A DNA stretch of 64,000 nt. It comes from Squalus acanthias (lineage: Eukaryota). Shown in pieces: positions 60,277 to 64,000 of this stretch; position 1 is the first letter of the stretch, and every line of letters begins with the position of its first letter. The stretch lies in the NCBI GenBank assembly GCA_030390025.1, contig CM059432.1:139316001-139380000 (forward strand), written 5' to 3'. The notes below the pieces were generated by a model. It was given only the letters and a program-made list of their open reading frames with translations, ran no database searches and was not told where the DNA came from. The position numbers were made by a program, and so were the translations under genes.

Positions 60277-60756
60277 TAAATGATGGAAATGTTGCACTAT
60301 CAAATATAACCCAAATGAAAGTGATAAATTTTTCTCAGCCGGAATACTCCTTCAAGTTGAGAACGCTCAAATCGCTCAAAACGTCTGCTTGCTTTTGTCA
60401 AACTGACAAGGCAGCATTCTTTGCCGACAAAACCCCCCAGAAACTGACGCCTTTATATAGCGCTCCTCCAGCACTCATCCGACTGTATTCCGCCTCCTCT
60501 ACCTGTCGTTGCTGACGACAGGCGCTCAGGCAGGGGCCGAGAGTGAATTTCAGGGCCGAGGCGCTGCGCACCCAGATGACGTCACGATCTCCGGCCGCAG
60601 CAAAGCGTGGCGCTTGTGGTTACCGCCGCCACAAACCTCCACTTCAATTTCGCGGGCGTCGGTACAATTGCCGCGCCCGCTCGCAAAGCTGGTAACGCCC
60701 CGTTAGCGCCCCCCAGAGGCGCTAACGGGAGGCGCTAAGGTGCCCAATTCTTCCCC

Positions 60757-61410
60757 ATAGAATCTACAGCACAAAAACAGGCCATTCTGCCCAACTGGTC
60801 TATGCCGGTGTTTATGTTTCACACGAGCCTCCTCCCACCCCTCTTCGTCTCACCCTATCAGCGTAACCATCTATTCCTTTCTCCCTCATGGGCTCATCTA
60901 GCTTCCCCTTAAATGCATCTATGCTATTCACCTCAACCACTCCTTGTGGTAGTGAGATCCACATTCTAACCACTCTCTGGGTAAAGAAGTTTCACCTGAA
61001 TTCTCTATTGGATTTATTGGTGACTCTCTTATATTTATGGCCCCTAGTTTTGGTCTCCCCCCCTCCACACAAGTGGAAACATCTTCTCTACGTCTACCCT
61101 ATTGAACCCATTCATAATTTTAAAGAGCTCTGACATGAATCTTGTCATTCATGTGGAAATGACTTATGAAATAATACTGGGCGGCCTGCTGGTGGCGCTG
61201 TCCAGGGAGAGTATAAATACTCGGGCATGGGCCCAGCTTGCTCAGGACATTCTTTAACAGGAACTAGTGAAGGACACAACTAGATCTCCATGTTGAAAAA
61301 CAGTTGATTAAAGCTTTGTTTAACGCTTAGGCCAAGTGCCTAGTAGTTTTCTTACGTCAACCTCTTTTCTAGAGAAAAGAGCCCCAGCCTGTTCAACCTT
61401 TCCTGATAGT
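60757..61410 (-). mobile_element. CR1 3' fragment containing a solo LTR
   Basis: Similar to 23820-24240. Confidence 0.8.
61131..61359 (+). mobile_element. Solo LTR, same family, inserted in a CR1 fragment in KLHL38 intron
   Basis: TG...CA ends; TSD AGCTC/ACCTC (1 mismatch). Confidence 0.88.
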
Positions 61411-61531
61411 TTAACAGCAAATATTTTCACAAGCATTAAAGTCAAAACACCAGCAAGGTTTGGTCCAAAGAGTTTGAATGATTTTTTTTTACATTACTTT
61501 TTAAGTGCTTTAATACTCTATTATTATTTAG

Positions 61532-61637
61532 GTTTACAACATATCTAGGAACATGTGGTTCAGAATGGAGACAAGGATGGTTAAAAACATCTGTGCACCT
61601 GCGGCTGTGATTGGTGACAAGATTATTATCATTGGAG
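61532..61637 (+). CDS. KLHL38: KLHL38 second coding exon, 106 bp (VYNISRNMWFRMETRMVKNICAPAAVIGDKIIIIG)
   Basis: atttag| acceptor, g|gtaaga donor; kelch repeat sequence characteristic of KLHL38. Confidence 0.92.
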
Positions 61638-61696
61638 GTAAGATGGAACAGATGCAATGAGACGGCATGGAGGATTGGCTTTAAAAAACACACATT

Positions 61697-63432
61697 GGCC
61701 CAGAATTTGTCGGAGTGGGGCATCTCTCGGCATGCCCCATTAGTTAAGACTTTTCCCTCACACTTCAGCTCAAAAATACTTTGCGCCATAACTTGCTGGG
61801 AGTGCGAGCTGATAACGGGGCGGCGAGGGCAACCGGGCATGGGATTGGGGGTAAGGTACTGATTTGGATAGAGAACTGGTTAGCAGACAGGAAGCAAAGA
61901 GTTGGAATAAACGGGTCTTTTTCCGAGTGGCAGGCAGTGACTAGTGGGGTACCGCAGGGATCGGTGCTAGGACCCCAGCTATTCACAATATATATTAATG
62001 ATCTAGACGAGGGAACTAGATGTAATATCTCTAAGTTTGCAGACGACACAAAGCTGGGTGGGCGTGTGTGCTGTGAGGAGGATGCAGAGAAACTCCAGTA
62101 TGATTTGGACAGGTTGGGTGATTGGGCAGATGCATGGCAGATGCAGTATAATGTGGATAAATGCGAGGTTATCCACTTTGGTGGCAAAAACAGGAAGACA
62201 GATTATTATCTGAACGGCAATAGATTGGGAAAAGGGGAAGTGCAACGAGATCTGGGAGTCCTTGTGCACCAGTCGCTGAAGGTAAGTATGCAGGTGCAGC
62301 AGGCGGTTAAGAAGGCAAATGGTATGTTGGCCTTCATAGCGAAAGGATTCGAGTACAGGAGCAAGGATGTCTTGCTGCAGTTGTACAAGGCCTTGGTGAG
62401 ACCACACCTTGAGTATTGTGTGCGGTTTTGGTCGCCTTATCTGAGGAAGGATGTTCTTGCCATGGAGGGAGTGCAGCGAAGATTTACCAGGCTAATACCT
62501 GGGATGGCAGGAATGACGTATGAAGAGAGATTGGGTCGATTAGGCTTATATTCACTAGAGTTTAGAAGAATGAGAGGGGATCTCATTGAAACTTATAAAA
62601 TTCTAACAGGACTAGACAGACTAGATGCAGGAAGGATGTTCCCGATGGCGGGGGAGTCCAGAACCAGAGGTCACAGTCTAAGGATTAGGGGTAAGCCATT
62701 TAGGACTGAGATGAGGAGGAATTTCTTCACCCAGCGAGTGGTGAACCTGTGGAATTCTCTACCACAGAAGGCAGTTGAGGCCAATTCATTAAATATATTC
62801 AAGAAGGAGATAGATATATTTCTTAAGGCTAAAGGGATCAAAGGATATGGGGAGAAAGCAGGGACAGGGTACTGAATTTGGATGATCAGCCTGATCTCAT
62901 TAAATGGCAGAGCAGGCTCGAGGGGCCGAATGGCCTACTCCTGCTCCTATCTTCTATGCTTCTATGCATCTGGGACCTCGGTGAACGACGGGACCAACCG
63001 TCTAGCTCCTTAACCAATGAGATTTAAGGATTGAGGAATAAACAGAGGAACGACGGAGAAGGAAATTGGGCGAATTAGAGTCAGATCAGGTACAGAAAGA
63101 GAAATAAAGAGAGAGAAAGAAAGAGTGGATTAAGAGAGAAAAAAGAGACAGAAAGGAAAAGTAAGAAAAAAATGTAATTAAAATTTAAGAACCTCTTGGA
63201 ACAATTTACTACCTGCAGGAATGAGACTCCACAGTTTGAGTGGCATTGTAGGAACATAAATCTGCTCATTAACAGGGTCTTTACGTCATTAAGTAGCAGC
63301 CCTAACTTGCTGCAGCCAGTTTAATTCGTCGTTTCGACGCAAATACAGCAATTTCCTGAAACTCACGGGGAGGTTGAGGGCGAGATCCCATTTTCACGAG
63401 GCGAATGGCGGAGCAGCACCCAGCAACTTTGC
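61697..63432 (-). mobile_element. Second copy of the 22245-23167 MITE family, split by a CR1 (61840-62966)
   Basis: 61697-61840 and 62967-63430 are colinear reverse complements of the 22245-23167 element. Confidence 0.72.
61840..62966 (+). mobile_element. 5'-truncated CR1 with an uninterrupted RT C-terminal frame (ORF 61781-62875)
   Basis: [28 protein letters not shown]1 3' UTR. Confidence 0.93.
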
Positions 63433-63775
63433 GCACAGGTGGACGTAAAGATCCCATGGCACTATTTCGAAGAAGAGTTCTCCCCGGTGTCCTGGGGCCA
63501 ATATTTATCGCTCAACCAACATCACTAAAACAGATTATCTGATCATTATCTCATTGCTGTTTGTGGGATCTTGCTGTGCGCAAATTGGCTGCCGCGTTGC
63601 CCACATTACAACAGTGACTACACTTCAAAAAAAGTACTTCATTGGCTGTAAAGCGCTTTGGGATGTCCTGAGGTTGTGAAAGGTGCATGTTCTTTCTTAA
63701 TATCTTAATCAAAAACGTTACAGTTCAAAGCATTATTGCTTTGTTTTTTTTTTAATTTGATTTTTATTCCCTCAG

Positions 63776-64000
63776 GATACACCAGAAGAATGATTGCCTT
63801 TGACACAAAGTCAAACCAATTTGTAAAATGTGCTGATATGAAAGAGAGGAGGATGCATCATGGGGCTACGATTATAAACAACAAAGTCTATGTTACGGGG
63901 GGGCGATACGTCACCTCCGGCAACAGCATTGAAGACAGTGATGCATTTGATTGCTACGACCCGGTGACAGACAGCTGGATCTCTAAAGGAACTCTGCCAC
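63776..64000 (+). CDS. KLHL38: KLHL38 third coding exon, runs off the window (GYTRRMIAFDTKSNQFVKCADMKERRMHHGAT...)
   Basis: Polypyrimidine tract plus ccctcag| acceptor; phase matches the previous exon; open to the window end. Confidence 0.93.

Larger units (their letters stand above)
56728..60756. mobile_element. Complete PIF/Harbinger DNA transposon with convergent Myb-like and transposase genes, in KLHL38 intron
   Basis: TIRs GGGGGAGAAATTCGG / GGGGAAGAATTGGG; 3-bp TSD ATA; subterminal GGCGCTAA/TTAGCGCC repeats. Confidence 0.93.

Noticed and set aside
59104..60303. Host HARBI1 gene
   Set aside because: It lies within TIRs and a TSD, paired with a Myb gene inside an intron: a transposon copy.
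61781..62875. 364-aa ORF as a host gene
   Set aside because: It is a 5'-truncated CR1 RT; the N-terminal residues come from flanking MITE sequence.
1..64000. CRISPR arrays, prokaryotic defence systems or horizontally acquired operons
   Set aside because: No regularly spaced repeats; spliceosomal genes and vertebrate TEs explain the window.

Overview
Repeat-rich eukaryotic genomic DNA, most likely from a shark or other chondrichthyan (HE1-type V-SINE, SacSINE1-type DeuSINE, CR1/L2/Penelope landscape). Two host genes lie on the + strand. Annexin A13 contributes nine coding exons (3565-23405); its first coding exons are upstream of the window. KLHL38 contributes three coding exons (46212 to the right edge). 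This is the same order and orientation as in mammals. Introns and intergenic DNA hold: (1) a complete 4.5-kb Gypsy LTR retrotransposon in KLHL38 whose primer-binding position is complementary to its own LTR rather than to a tRNA; (2) three solo LTRs of a sister family; (3) the 5' end of an ERV/LTR element with a 20-nt tRNA-Arg PBS; (4) a Penelope-like element plus many Penelope 3'-end fragments with minimal hammerhead-ribozyme motifs; (5) a complete two-gene PIF/Harbinger transposon (DDE changed to DDG) with non-autonomous relatives and MITEs; (6) many CR1, L2 and SINE copies, often nested with readable target-site duplications (TSDs). Exon, LTR, TIR and TSD coordinates were read by hand. LINE/SINE boundaries are approximate.
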